A stretch of 64,000 nucleotides of DNA from an uncultured Gemmatimonadales bacterium (lineage in GTDB: Bacteria; Gemmatimonadota; Gemmatimonadetes; Longimicrobiales; RSA9): assembly GCA_963783305.1 (NCBI GenBank), contig CAWAMW010000002.1:384001-448000 (forward strand), read 5' to 3'. Under the pieces are notes generated by a model. It searched no databases. It was not told the origin of the DNA and saw nothing but the letters and a program-made list of their open reading frames with translations. Position 1 is the stretch's first letter. Each line of letters opens with the position of its first letter. Shown here piece by piece: positions 18,619 through 29,500 of this stretch. Made by a program: the position numbers and the translations under genes.

Positions 18619-19380
18619 TCAGATGCGGAGGCTCAGACCGATCACGACGTTCGACCCGGAAAGATCGATGGGGTCGAACCCCTCGAACGAGTTGGAATCG
18701 AGGCCAGCGCTCCCCCAAAGATAGCGATACTCCCCGCGCAGCACAGTGCGCGGCGTGAGCGTCACCTGCACTCCCGCGAGTCCCTGGGCGGTGAACCCGC
18801 TGCCGCTGGATTCGAGTCGCAGGTCCAGGATATCGCGGTCGTCGGGGTCGGCCCCGAGGGCCACGGCGAAGTCTCCATCCTGGATGAACTCGTAGCCCGA
18901 TACACCCAGCCCTGCGCCCAGGTACGGCGCCCAGCGATGGGGCACCCAGGCGAACCGGCTGATCTCGCGGCCCCGCGGCAGCAGGTAGTACTTCCCGCTG
19001 ACGAGCAGCCGGGTTCGTGAGAAGTCGGTGGTCTGCGTGATCTCCCGGTCATCCGGCCAGACCCAGCCGCGCATATTGGATGAGACCGACCGGGAGCTGT
19101 ACTCCAGGCTCACGGCCACGTCCGCCCGCTCCGTGACGCGCAAGGCTATCTCCCCCATGACCAGAGGCGCAGAGAAATCGCCCTCGGACACCGTGAGCTC
19201 CGACCGCGCTTCGTCGAACACGTCGCTCCCCTCGCCCGCAACGGACCACCCGCCGTAGAGCGTGAGCGTCAGATGGGGCTCGTCGAAGAGGAAGTCGGCC
19301 TGAGCCCTGGCGGGTGTCGCCAGAAGCAGGAGCGCACCCACGAGGAGCGCTCCTGCCGGGATGAACGCTGAAGGTCGCAT
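18619..19380 (-). CDS. Outer-membrane beta-barrel protein (OmpA/OmpW-like, ~8 strands)
   Basis: Signal peptide (ARAQA); amphipathic strands; PYLGAGLG; terminal strand VVIGLSLRI. Confidence 0.75.
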   Translation of the reverse strand: MRPSAFIPAGALLVGALLLLATPARAQADFLFDEPHLTLTLYGGWSVAGEGSDVFDEARSELTVSEGDFSAPLVMGEIALRVTERADVAVSLEYSSRSVSSNMRGWVWPDDREITQTTDFSRTRLLVSGKYYLLPRGREISRFAWVPHRWAPYLGAGLGVSGYEFIQDGDFAVALGADPDDRDILDLRLESSGSGFTAQGLAGVQVTLTPRTVLRGEYRYLWGSAGLDSNSFEGFDPIDLSGSNVVIGLSLRI

Positions 19381-19417
19381 GGGTTCCTGCCTCCCTGGCT
19401 GGAGGGGTGTACGCTCT

Positions 19418-20155
19418 TTACTCGGTTGAGCCCACGGAGGTTCCAAGCGGGTCCACCAGCCCGTTCGCCAGCAGGAGGTCCTCATCCTCGAGGATCGAGC
19501 GGGTGGCGCCGTGCGCGGCGACCCGGCCGCCGCTGAGGACGAGGGCTCTGTCGCAGAGGACCCGGGCGACCTCCAGATCGTGCGTGGCCACCACGAGCGT
19601 TTCCCGCCGCCCCCGTAGCAACTCCACCACGCGCCGGCGGGCACGGGCGTCCAGACCCGCGGTGGGCTCGTCCAGGACCAGGAGCCCGGGCTCCATGACC
19701 AGCGCCGTGGCCAGCGACGCCAGGCGCTTCTCGCCGCCGGAGAGGTGGTGCGCGGCCCGATCGGCCGCCCCTGCCAGCCCCAGGCGCCCGAGGAGGGCTC
19801 GGGCGGTGTCTTCCGCGTTGCCCGGCGCGGCCCCGGCGTTGAGCGGCCCGAACGCCACGTCCTCCAGGAGGGTGGGGAGGAAGAGCTGGTCGTCGGGGTC
19901 CTGGAAGACCAGCCCGACCTGACGACGGACCTCCCGGAGTGTCTCCGGCGTCACCCTGGTATCGCCGACCGTGACGGTGCCGGCGTCGGGCAGGAGCAGC
20001 CCGTTCAGGTGGAGCAGCAGCGTGCTCTTCCCCGCCCCGTTGGCACCCAGCAGCGCCAACCGCTCGCCCGCCGGCACCTCGAAGGTGACGCCACGAAGGA
20101 CGGGCTTGCCCCCGGGATAGCCGTAGCCGAGCGCCTCCACCGCCAGCCGGATCAC
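19418..20155 (-). CDS. cbiO: ECF transporter ATPase
   Basis: Walker A GANGAGKST, VFQDPDDQLF, LSGGEKR, LDEPT and THD. Confidence 0.9.
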   Translation of the reverse strand: MIRLAVEALGYGYPGGKPVLRGVTFEVPAGERLALLGANGAGKSTLLLHLNGLLLPDAGTVTVGDTRVTPETLREVRRQVGLVFQDPDDQLFLPTLLEDVAFGPLNAGAAPGNAEDTARALLGRLGLAGAADRAAHHLSGGEKRLASLATALVMEPGLLVLDEPTAGLDARARRRVVELLRGRRETLVVATHDLEVARVLCDRALVLSGGRVAAHGATRSILEDEDLLLANGLVDPLGTSVGSTE

Positions 20156-20913
20156 AACGCGGCGCTCCCGACAATGACAGCGACCAGCGCCGCCAGTCCT
20201 CCGAGCTCCAGGAGCGGTCGGCCGGCGTACTGCCGGCCGGCCAGCGCCGGCATCTCACCCATGTATCCGCGGCTCAGCATTGCCTGGTGCACACGCTCAC
20301 TGCGAGCGAAGCTGCGCTGGAGCGCGGCCGCCGCGATGCCCGCCATGAGCCGGCGCCGGGATGCCGAGCCCTCACCGGCGTTACGGCTTCGGGCCGCCCG
20401 CCTGAGCCGGGTCACCTCGTCGCTCAGGATGTAGAGGAATCGGTAGGCGAGGGCGAGGGACGTGGTGACAATGTCCGGGAGCCGGAGTCGTCGGAGCGCC
20501 CGGACGATCTCCGGGAAAGAGGTGGTGCTGACCAGCACCACGGCGGCCGCGAGGGCGATGGCGCCGCGGGCCGCGGCCGAGCCAAATCGCAGCACTCCGG
20601 CATCGGTGATCCGGACAGGGCCGATGCTGGCCACCGCGTTTCCGGGCGCAAGCACGAGCACGGCCGCGGATACGAGCGTGACGAACGCGAGCGGCGGAGC
20701 GAGTCGAGCGAGGAAGGGGCCGGGTCGAATCCGTGCTGCGGCCGCGAGGGAAAGGACGACTGCGCCCAGTGTGGCCAGCTGTAACCACGCCCCCATGGGG
20801 AGCAGCGCCGCGCCAAGCGCCAGCGTCACCGTCCCCAGCAGTCGAACCGTCGGGGAACGGCGCGTGATCGCCGAGTCCACCCCGGCAAACTCATCGAGGT
20901 GATGGAATCCCAC
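20152..20913 (-). CDS. cbiQ: ECF transporter T component
   Basis: LAYRFLYIL..AARSR and ERVHQAMLSRGY arginine motifs; lies between cbiM and cbiO. Confidence 0.88.
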   Translation of the reverse strand: MGFHHLDEFAGVDSAITRRSPTVRLLGTVTLALGAALLPMGAWLQLATLGAVVLSLAAAARIRPGPFLARLAPPLAFVTLVSAAVLVLAPGNAVASIGPVRITDAGVLRFGSAAARGAIALAAAVVLVSTTSFPEIVRALRRLRLPDIVTTSLALAYRFLYILSDEVTRLRRAARSRNAGEGSASRRRLMAGIAAAALQRSFARSERVHQAMLSRGYMGEMPALAGRQYAGRPLLELGGLAALVAVIVGSAAL

Positions 20914-20917
20914 CCGC

Positions 20918-21841
20918 TCAGTCCCTGGCGGCGGGGGCCGAACGGGTGCGGGCGGCGAGCCGCGCCAGCGCCCAGCCCACGCCGAACACCGTGGCCAGCC
21001 CGATGGCCGCGGCCAGCCAGGCGCCCGCCCCTGCCGTATAGCCGGCCAGAGGGGCGACATCCAGGGCGGCGCCCGGATGCAGTCCCAACGACTCGGAGGC
21101 CGACTCCAATGCGTCGGGCAGCGATGAGCCCCAGAGCAGGGCACCGGCGGCCACCATCACCGCCGCGGTGCCCGCCACTGCGGCCAGGCGCACGGGGTAC
21201 GCCGGCGCGCGGTCTCGTAACAGCGCTGGTCGCGACCGCAGCACGGCCGCCAGGATCCCCACCGTGAGGGCGGCCTCCACCCCCGCCACCAGCAGGTGGG
21301 CGCCACCCACGGCCAGGACGGCGGTGGCCGGCGGAAGGAGCCCGGAGAGGCCGAGCTCGAGTCCGGCGGCCACGCCCGTTCCCACGGTGGCCACGAAGGA
21401 CCCCACGCCGGCCGCGGCCAGCCGACCTTTCCGACCATCCCCGAGGAGGGCGAGCTGCCAGCGATAGACCAGGTAGCCCCCGCCCGCCCCGATCACCGCC
21501 AGGTTGAGGGTGTTGGCCCCCAGCGCGGCAATCCCGCCATCCTGGAAGAGGAGCGCCTGCACCAGCACGACGGAGAAGATGGCCAGCATCCCGGCCCATG
21601 GCCCGGCGATAACGGCCACCAGCACACCCCCCAGCAGGTGCGCGCTGGCCCCGGCGCCCAGCGGGAAGTTGAAGAGCTGCGCGGCGAAGACGAACGCAGT
21701 GAGCGCGCCCAGGAGCGGCGCCGTCCGGTCGTCGAGCTCCCGACGCGACCGACGCGCGGCCACCGCAAGCGCGACCGCGCTCAGCGCGGTCGCGCCCGCG
21801 ATGACCGGCGGGCTCAGGAATCCATCGGGGATATGGGCCAT
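20918..21841 (-). CDS. cbiM: Co/Ni ECF substrate component CbiM/NikM with fused PDGLE-like (NikN-type) domain
   Basis: MAHIPDGFLS N-terminus, AHLLGG and QALLFQDGGIAALGAN; C-terminal SSLPDALE. Confidence 0.9.
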   Translation of the reverse strand: MAHIPDGFLSPPVIAGATALSAVALAVAARRSRRELDDRTAPLLGALTAFVFAAQLFNFPLGAGASAHLLGGVLVAVIAGPWAGMLAIFSVVLVQALLFQDGGIAALGANTLNLAVIGAGGGYLVYRWQLALLGDGRKGRLAAAGVGSFVATVGTGVAAGLELGLSGLLPPATAVLAVGGAHLLVAGVEAALTVGILAAVLRSRPALLRDRAPAYPVRLAAVAGTAAVMVAAGALLWGSSLPDALESASESLGLHPGAALDVAPLAGYTAGAGAWLAAAIGLATVFGVGWALARLAARTRSAPAARD

Positions 21842-22055
21842 TGTATGCGCGGTGCGGGTCGTTCCCTGCAGGGCGGATGCATACGTAGTTAACGCGACCG
21901 GTCGCCCGTATCAAGCGGGAACACCCCCCGGCGCGCCGTGCGCCGCTCCGGGCGCAGAGAGGCAGAGCCCCATGCTGGCACATTGTTTCCATGCCGCACA
22001 CCACCCATTGTTCACCCTCCTTCCCTGACGGGGATCATACGAGCGCACGGGGATC

Positions 22056-22922
22056 GTGACCGACTTCACTGCGGAAGACCTGGTGGGGCTGCTGGAGCTG
22101 GAGCCCCTCGAGCACAACATCTATCGCGGACAGAACCGCGACATCGGGACCGGCCGCATATTCGGCGGACAGGTCCTCGCCCAGGCGGTGGTGGCGGCCG
22201 GACGCACGGTGGAGGACGCCCGGCCGATCCACAGCATGCACGGCTACTTCATCCTGCCGGGCGACCTGACCGCGCCGGTGGTCTATTTCGTGGACCGGCT
22301 CCGCGACGGCGGCAGCTTCGCCACCCGTCGCGTAACAGCGATCCAGCACGGACGCGCCATTTTCAACATGTCGGCGTCGTTCCACCGCGAGGAATCGGGC
22401 CCGGAGCACCAGATCCCCATGCCGGCCGTGCCGGGACCGGAAGGACTGAAGTCGGAGCTGGACCTCATCCGTGCCATGAGCGACCGGATCCCACCGAAGC
22501 TGCGACCCATCATGACGCAGGATCGGCCGCTGGACTTCCGCCCCGTGAACCCGGTGGACCCGTTCGACCCGGAGCCGCGGGAGCCGGTGCGGCACCTGTG
22601 GGTGCGCTCGCTGGGGAGCGTGGAGACGTCGCTGCAGCATCGGGCCGTGCTGGCCTACGCGTCCGATTACGGCCTGCTAGCGGCGGCGCTCCAGCCCCAC
22701 GGCATAACGTGGCGGCGAGACGACGTCATGGTGGCCTCCCTCGACCACTCCATCTGGTTCCACCGCGAGCCCAACGTCAACGAGTGGCTGCTGTACACGA
22801 TGGAGAGCCCCGTGACCGGCGGCGCCCGCGGGTTCGGCCGCGGCACGTTCTACGACCGGGAAGGTCGCCTCATCGCTTCCGTGGCGCAGGAAGGGCTCGT
22901 GCGGCCGGTGGCCGAGCGGTAA
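22056..22922 (+). CDS. tesB: Acyl-CoA thioesterase II
   Basis: RIFGGQVLAQA, HSMHGYF, RDGGSFATRRV, YASD, ASLDHSIWFH and SVAQEG. Confidence 0.95.
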   Translation: MTDFTAEDLVGLLELEPLEHNIYRGQNRDIGTGRIFGGQVLAQAVVAAGRTVEDARPIHSMHGYFILPGDLTAPVVYFVDRLRDGGSFATRRVTAIQHGRAIFNMSASFHREESGPEHQIPMPAVPGPEGLKSELDLIRAMSDRIPPKLRPIMTQDRPLDFRPVNPVDPFDPEPREPVRHLWVRSLGSVETSLQHRAVLAYASDYGLLAAALQPHGITWRRDDVMVASLDHSIWFHREPNVNEWLLYTMESPVTGGARGFGRGTFYDREGRLIASVAQEGLVRPVAER

Positions 22923-22924
22923 GC

Positions 22925-23830
22925 TCAGCCCTCCGTTCGCGCCACCAGCACCGGGACCGTGGACGCGCGGACGACCTTGTCGGCGGTGCTCCCGAGCACG
23001 ACGCGGCCCAGGGCGGTCCGGCGATGAGCCCCTACGGCCACCATGTCGGCGCCGACCTCCTCGACGGCCTTCAGGATCCCGCGGGCCGCATGGAAGGCCC
23101 GGGTGACCATGGTATCGATCTGAATGTCCTCGAATCGTCCGGCCAGCGCCTCCAATGCCTCCCGAGCTGCGGCCTCGCTGGCTTCCACGGTCTCCCAGTC
23201 CATCTCGGCCGTGTGGGGGATATAAGGCGAGCCGAGGCCGGCGGGGAACGCGACGACCCGGAGCAGCGTCAGCCTGGCGTCGAACACCCGGGCCAGACGC
23301 GCGGCCTCCTCGACCACAGCGGGTGCGGCGGGCGCGCCGCCCGACCCCACCAGGATCCGCCGCGGCGGCGCCACGGAGCGCGGTGGGACATCGGCGTCGT
23401 CCCGGGGGCGGATGAGAATGAGGGGCGTGTCGACGTGGCGCACGAGCGAATCGGCGACGCTCCCGAGCCACGCCCGCTCCAGGCCGCCGCGGCCATGGGT
23501 GGCGAGGACGAGGAGGTCCGACTCCGGCGCGAGGTCCCTGAGCTCCCGGACCACGTCTCCGGATCGGAGCTCCGTCACGACGTTCAGTCCGCGCTCGCGC
23601 AGCCATTTCGCCTGCTCCTCGAGGTAGGCCCCTTCCCGCTCGCGGTGGTCCATGTGCCACTGGTCGAGGAGGGGCACGGCGCTCACCTCCGTGACGGTCA
23701 TCGGGAGCGGTGTGTGGACGAGGACGAGCCGGATCGTGCCGCCGGTGCGCTCGGCGATCAGGGCGGCGTGCGCCAGCGCGTTCTCCGAGAAGGTCGATCC
23801 ATCGAGCGGTACGAGCAGCGTGTCGTACAT
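22925..23830 (-). CDS. Tandem-domain universal stress protein
   Basis: LLVPLDGSTFSE, LATHGRGGLERAWLGSVAD and VVLGSTADKVVR. Confidence 0.92.
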   Translation of the reverse strand: MYDTLLVPLDGSTFSENALAHAALIAERTGGTIRLVLVHTPLPMTVTEVSAVPLLDQWHMDHREREGAYLEEQAKWLRERGLNVVTELRSGDVVRELRDLAPESDLLVLATHGRGGLERAWLGSVADSLVRHVDTPLILIRPRDDADVPPRSVAPPRRILVGSGGAPAAPAVVEEAARLARVFDARLTLLRVVAFPAGLGSPYIPHTAEMDWETVEASEAAAREALEALAGRFEDIQIDTMVTRAFHAARGILKAVEEVGADMVAVGAHRRTALGRVVLGSTADKVVRASTVPVLVARTEG

Positions 23831-23927
23831 ATCTGGCTCCTGCCGGTGCCGACCGGCGTTCGCGATCGCGTTCAGGGCGGGGCTCCCTCGAATATGCGGC
23901 CGGGGCGCGCCGCCCGACAGGCCGAGG

Positions 23928-24665
23928 CTACGGGGCGGAATCCCCGAGGAGCAGGCGCACCGCGTCGCTGAAGGTGGGGACCACCGCGTACCCGTGGTGG
24001 AGCGGCTCCACCATGTCGTGGTGCCAGGGATCCGCCACCTCGACCAGGATCGCGGGCACACCCAGCTCGAGGGCCGGGTTGATGTCCGAGCGGATGCTGT
24101 TGCCGACCATCCACGCGCGCTCCGGTTGGCGCACGCCGAAGTGATCGAGCGTCTCGCGCAGCGCCTCGGCCGTCTTCAACGGGACGACCCGAACCCGGGT
24201 CTCACCCACCGCGTCCACTGCGCCAGCCTCCCGCACACAGCCGAGCTGATAGTCGTGGTTTCCGCCCTGTGTGTAGATGGCGGTGGGCAGGTGCCGCGCC
24301 AGATGCCGCAGGGCGGGCAGCGCGCCATCGAGAGCCGGGGGCGTGCCGAGCACGGCTGCGCCCAGTCGCTCGCACTCTTCCAGCAGCGCCGGATCGGCAT
24401 CGCGACCGGCGGAGCGGCAGAGAACGCGGTAGGTCTCCGCGAACGCCAGCGGGAGGCGGTGCGGTCCGATCCCGTGCCGCTCCCGCATGACCGGGTCCAC
24501 CTCGTGATGGTGCACCCGCTCCGTCTCACCGATTTCGAACCCCGCGCGCGAGAGCCTCTCGAACAGCTCGCGCCGCGCACCCTCGAAGCGGGGGGCGGTG
24601 TTCACGAGCGTGTCGTCGAAGTCGACGAGGACGAGGTCGATGTCAGTGGGTCGCGGAGTCTGCAT
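23928..24665 (-). CDS. HAD-superfamily hydrolase
   Basis: DFDDTL motif I; WMVGNSIRSDINPA motif IV. Confidence 0.88.
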   Translation of the reverse strand: MQTPRPTDIDLVLVDFDDTLVNTAPRFEGARRELFERLSRAGFEIGETERVHHHEVDPVMRERHGIGPHRLPLAFAETYRVLCRSAGRDADPALLEECERLGAAVLGTPPALDGALPALRHLARHLPTAIYTQGGNHDYQLGCVREAGAVDAVGETRVRVVPLKTAEALRETLDHFGVRQPERAWMVGNSIRSDINPALELGVPAILVEVADPWHHDMVEPLHHGYAVVPTFSDAVRLLLGDSAP

Positions 24666-24807
24666 GGGGGCCGAAGATGCCACGGCCGATGGCCACGTGG
24701 CAACCGCCGCGCGGCTCGATCCCCCGGAGGCCTTGCTCCACCGGCCCGAAGATCGCAGCATCCCCCGCCCGACCGAACCAGTGGAAGCACCCGCAGGGAG
24801 CCGATAG

Positions 24808-25953
24808 ATGACCACCGACCCGAGCGCGGCCCGCGATCTCATGGAGCGTTTCGCCGCCTCCTCCGGCCTCACCTCCGGGGGACCGGAGCGCCGGTACCTC
24901 TGGACTGATGCGTTCGCCGTCTGCAACTGGCTGGGGCTAGGGGAGGTGGACCGCGCCCGGGACCTCGTCGGCCGGGTCCACCGGGTCCTTGGACAGCACC
25001 GCGAGGACGATCCGCGTCAGGGGTGGATCAGCGGCCTGTCCGAGGAGGAGGGCGCGGCCCGCCCGACGGCCGGTGGTCTCCGGATCGGCAAGCCGCTGCC
25101 GGAACGGCGGTCGGATCAGCGGTATCACCCGGAGCTGGAATGGGAGCGCGATGGTCAATACTTCCACTACCTGACGCGGTGGCTGCGGGCGCTGCAGCGG
25201 ATGGCCGCGGTCACGGGCGGGTCGACATACCACACCTGGTCCGTGGAGCTGGCCCGGGTCGCGTTCGACCGCTTCAGCCACGGGATCGGCCCGGTGCCAA
25301 ACCGGCTCCACTGGAAGATGAGCATCGACCTGACGCGGCCGCTGGTCCCATCCATGGGACAGCACGACCCGCTGGACGGCTACGTAGCCATGAGCGAGGT
25401 CGTCGCCGGATCACAGGCAGCGGGGGGCGACCCGAACGACGCGAGCGACCTCGAGAACCGGATGGGCGTCCTGGCCGGGATGAGTGACGGATCGGAGTGG
25501 ACCACGGAGGACCCCCTCGGCACCGGCTCCCTGCTGAGCGACGCGTGGTTCCTGGCACGCCTTGGAGAGGACGACCCGGAGCGCCTGCGGCTCCTCGATC
25601 GGGTCCTGAAGGCCGCCACCCTGAGCCTGCGGGAGGTCAGGGACGCGCGGCTGCTGGAGCTGCCATCTTCCCGCCGCCTGGCGTTCCGCGAGCTCGGTCT
25701 GGCGATCGGCCTCGGCGCGGCGGACCGGCTGGCATCGCTGGACATGGCCGGGCTCCTGGGGGAGGAGGCCGTCCGTCAGGTGGAGGAGCTCCGGGATTCG
25801 ACGGGGCTGCAGTCGGCGATCACCGAGTTCTGGCTGGAACCGGCGCACCGCCGGACGCCGCCATGGATCGAGCACGAGGACATCAACACCGTCATGCTCG
25901 CCACGGCGGTGCACCCTGCCGGCTATCTGGGGACCGCCACCGTCAGCGGATGA
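24808..25953 (+). CDS. Conserved hypothetical protein (RYLWTDAF / DGQYFHYL family)
   Basis: RRYLWTDAFAVCN, GLRIGK, RDGQYFHYLTRW, WKMSIDL, QHDPLDG, RLAFRELGL and HEDINTVMLAT; host-like codon usage. Confidence 0.75.
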   Translation: MTTDPSAARDLMERFAASSGLTSGGPERRYLWTDAFAVCNWLGLGEVDRARDLVGRVHRVLGQHREDDPRQGWISGLSEEEGAARPTAGGLRIGKPLPERRSDQRYHPELEWERDGQYFHYLTRWLRALQRMAAVTGGSTYHTWSVELARVAFDRFSHGIGPVPNRLHWKMSIDLTRPLVPSMGQHDPLDGYVAMSEVVAGSQAAGGDPNDASDLENRMGVLAGMSDGSEWTTEDPLGTGSLLSDAWFLARLGEDDPERLRLLDRVLKAATLSLREVRDARLLELPSSRRLAFRELGLAIGLGAADRLASLDMAGLLGEEAVRQVEELRDSTGLQSAITEFWLEPAHRRTPPWIEHEDINTVMLATAVHPAGYLGTATVSG

Positions 25954-26491
25954 CGCCGCAGGCCACGCGGGGACCCGCCGCGCCGGAGGGCTGGCTCTCG
26001 TAATCGTCCGCGCCGCCGTGAATCATGATCGCGGAGCCGTCGGCATCGAGCAGGTAGCCGGCGGTCCCGGGGACGAGGCTCACATAGCGCGCGAGGCGTT
26101 CCGTGGTCACGGTTCCACTCTCGGGCACATGGATGTTGAGCATGTCACCGCCGTGCTCACCGTCTGGATGCATGATCCCATGGCTCCGCCCGTGGGGGGC
26201 GTAGTGACCGCCGGCCGAGGTGAAGTCGGGCGTGGTGCACTGGCCGGTCTCGTGGATGTGGAAGCCGTGCGCGCCCGGCTCCAGCCCCTGGACGTCGAGT
26301 CGCACCAGGACCGCGCCGTTGGGCGTCTGGATCAGCTGCGCGGTACCCACCGGCTGTCCGTTCCGGTCGACCAGGCTCGCCGTCGCCACGTGCTCACCCG
26401 TGCCCTGCACCGGCACTCCAAGCGCCTGCTGGGCGGTCGCGCCCGCGGTCGTCAGCAACGAGAGCACCACAGCCGCTACGATCGTTTTCAT
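25943..26491 (-). CDS. sodC: Periplasmic Cu/Zn superoxide dismutase
   Basis: Signal peptide; HGFHIHE, SAGGHY, HG..H..GEHGGD, IHGGADD and GAAGPRVACGVI; GGAGG RBS. Confidence 0.92.
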   Translation of the reverse strand: MKTIVAAVVLSLLTTAGATAQQALGVPVQGTGEHVATASLVDRNGQPVGTAQLIQTPNGAVLVRLDVQGLEPGAHGFHIHETGQCTTPDFTSAGGHYAPHGRSHGIMHPDGEHGGDMLNIHVPESGTVTTERLARYVSLVPGTAGYLLDADGSAIMIHGGADDYESQPSGAAGPRVACGVIR

Positions 26492-26556
26492 CTTTCCTCC
26501 GGTTCGTCGCTTCGTTTCCGACATCCGTCCCGGGGACACGGCCGCAAGCTTCATAC

Positions 26557-29500
26557 TCACCACGTCTCCCGGGGCGCCTTCGGCCGGCCGGCGGCCACCC
26601 AGCGGGCGCGGCGCGCGATGGCGCCGGACCAGAGCCGGAAGTCGTCCACGGTAGCGTAGAGGACGGGAGTCAGCAGGAGGGTCAGGACCATGGATGTAGT
26701 GAGTCCGCCGATCACGGCCTGCCCGATGGGGGCGAACATCTGACCCATGCCTTCCCCGGCGAAGAACGCCATGGGCACCATGGCGATGAGGGTGGTGAGG
26801 GAGGTCATGAGCACGGGTCGCATACGCGCCTGGCAGCCGTGCAGCAGCGCCTCCCGCCGCTCCATTCCCCCCGCTCGGAGCTGGTTCACCAGGTCGATCA
26901 TGACGATGGAGTTGTTCACCACGATCCCGACGGTGATGAGGATCCCGAGGAAGGAGAGGATCGAAAGGGAGGTCCCGGTCAGCAGGAACACGAGGCCCAT
27001 CCCCGGCAGTGCGAAGAAGATGGAGAAGTAGATGATGACGGGGAGGAGCAGGCTCTCGAAGAGTGCGGCAAGGAGCAGGTAGACCAGGATGAGCGCGAGG
27101 ACCGCGGCGAAGAGCATTTCGCCGAACTGCTGCTGCTCCTCCTCGAACCCGCGGCCGAGGTCCCAACGGTACCCCACCGGCAGCTCCATCTCCTCCATCA
27201 TCACCGCGAGCTGCTGCTGGAGCGCCTCGCGATTGGCGCCGGGCGCAACCTCAGCGTTCACGCTCACGGATGTCATCCGGTTCTCCCGCCGGATGTCCTG
27301 CGGCCCCGCCACCACCTCGATGTCGGCCACGGTGTTCAGCGGGATATTGCGGCCGTCGGGCGTACCAATGGCGAGGGTCCCGAGCTGGGCGATCGAGAGG
27401 CGATCCTCCTCCCGCAGCTGCGCCAGCACCTCGACCTCGCGGTCCCCCGCACGGAAACGGGTGGCGGCCTGGCCGCGGAGCGCGCCCGATACGGCCTGCG
27501 CCACCTGCCGGGAGCTGAGGCCCTGCCGCTCCGCCGCCTCCCGATCCACGAGCACACGCACTTCCTCGTTCCCTTCCTGGAGCGAGTTCTCCAGGTTCTG
27601 GAGACCCTCCATCTCCCGCGCCATCCGGGCCTCCACCCGCTCCGCCAGTTCCGCCAGAACCGCCGTGCTCTCGCCGATGAGGCGCACGCTGAGTCGACCG
27701 CCCTGGCCCCACGACCGCCGCTGCCGCCACTCGACGCCGGCCACCACGGGCAGCTCCGTCTGGATCCGTTCGGTGATGGCCGCCGAGGACAATGCCGCCC
27801 CTTCCGAATACGGCTTCAGCGTGATCATGATGCTGTTCCACCTGTCCGATGAGAACGCCGAGACGTTCTCGACCTCGAACTCTTCGCTCCGGTCGAGGAG
27901 CAGCTGCTCGGCCTGTCCGAAGAGATCGCTCCGCTCCTCGACCGACATCCCCCGGGGCGTCGAGACGGTCATCATGACGAAGCGCCGGTCCTCGTTCGGC
28001 ATCAGCTCCTTGGGGAGCGACACGAGCAGGTAGCCGCCGCCCAGGAAGACGACCGCCGCGGCGACCCCGGTGGCCGCGCGGTGGTCCAGGAGCCGGTCGA
28101 GGACGCGGCGGTAGCCGTCGAACAGGCGCTTGAAGAAGCCGCCGGGCTCTGGCATGTTGCCGCGCAGCAGCCAGACCGCGAGCAGCGGGACGAGGGTGAA
28201 GGCGATGCCGAGGCTCGCGGCGATGGCGAAAGAGATGGACATCCCGAACTCCCGCATCTGGGTGCCCATCATGTTCGGCGTCATGAAGAACAGCGGCATG
28301 AACACGACGATGGTCGTGGCCGTGCCCGCCAGGATAGCGAGCCCCACCTCCGTCGCTCCGCTGACCGCCGCCTCCTCGGCGCCGTCCCCGCGCTCCCGGT
28401 GCCGGAAAATGTTCTCCACCACCACCACGGCGTTGTCGATGAGCATCCCCACCGCGAGCATCAGCCCGGACAGCGTGATGACGTTGATGCTCGCGCCGGT
28501 GACGTAGAGGATCGACACGGTGAAGATGAGTGAGACCGGGATGGACGCGGCCACGATGAGGGTGGGGGTGATGCGTCGCAGGAAGATCAGGAGGATGACC
28601 ACGGCGAGGATGCCCCCGATCGCCCCGGCGTTCAGCAGCGCGTTCAGCGCCTCGATGATCCCCTCCGACTGGTCCTGCCAGAAGCGGAACCCGATGCTCT
28701 CCAGTCCCGGCTGGGTCCGCAGCTCCTCGAGCGCCGCCCGCACCTCCCTCGCCACCTGGACAATGTTCGCCTCGGAGTCCTTGTAGACCTGCAGCTGGCG
28801 CGCGTTCTGGCCGTTCAGGCGGAAGAAGAAGTCGCGCTCGGGATAGTCGTAGCGTACACTGGCGACGTCGCCGAGCCGCACCCGGTTGCCGTCGATGGGC
28901 AGCGCCTCGATCTCCTCGGGCCGCTGAAAGCTCCCCTCCGCTCGTACCAGGAACCGCGTGGACCCCAGCTCGATCTCACCGGCGGAGATGTCCTGGTTCC
29001 CGCGGGCGAGGGCGAAGCTGATCTGGGACAGGGTGACGCCCGCGGACTGCATCCGGTCCTGATCGAGCTCGACCGTGACCTCCCGCTCCTCCAGCCCGCT
29101 GAACTCCACCGCGGCCACGCCGGGGACGGCCATGATGGCGGGCTCCACCCGGCGCTCGATGAGCTCGGTGAGCTGCGCGGGGTCGCCGTCCCAGGAGAGA
29201 GCGCCGCGCAGCACGGGCTGGTCGTCGGTGCCCCATCGGCGGAGGTCGATCCGTTCCACGTCCTCGGGCAGCTGCCGCCGTGCCAGCTCCGCCCGCTCCC
29301 GTACCTCGAGCGCCGCCATGTCCATGTTGGTGCCGGGCTGGAACTCGAGCTCCAGCGAGCCGCTGTTCTGACTGGCGCTGGAGGTGATGTTCTCGAGTCG
29401 ACGGACAGTACCGAGCTCCTCTTCCAGCGGACGGATGATCTTTCGCTCGACCTCCGCCGGGCTGGCGTCCGGGTATGGGACGGTGACGCGTACCACCGGC

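Noticed and set aside
21850..22050. Cobalamin or NiCo riboswitch, NikR box, or sigma-54 promoter upstream of cbiM/tesB
   Set aside because: No B12-box or NiCo core is visible. GTATG/CATAC spacing is 30 bp rather than the ~16 bp of a NikR site. TGGCAC at ~21976 lacks the -12 GC.
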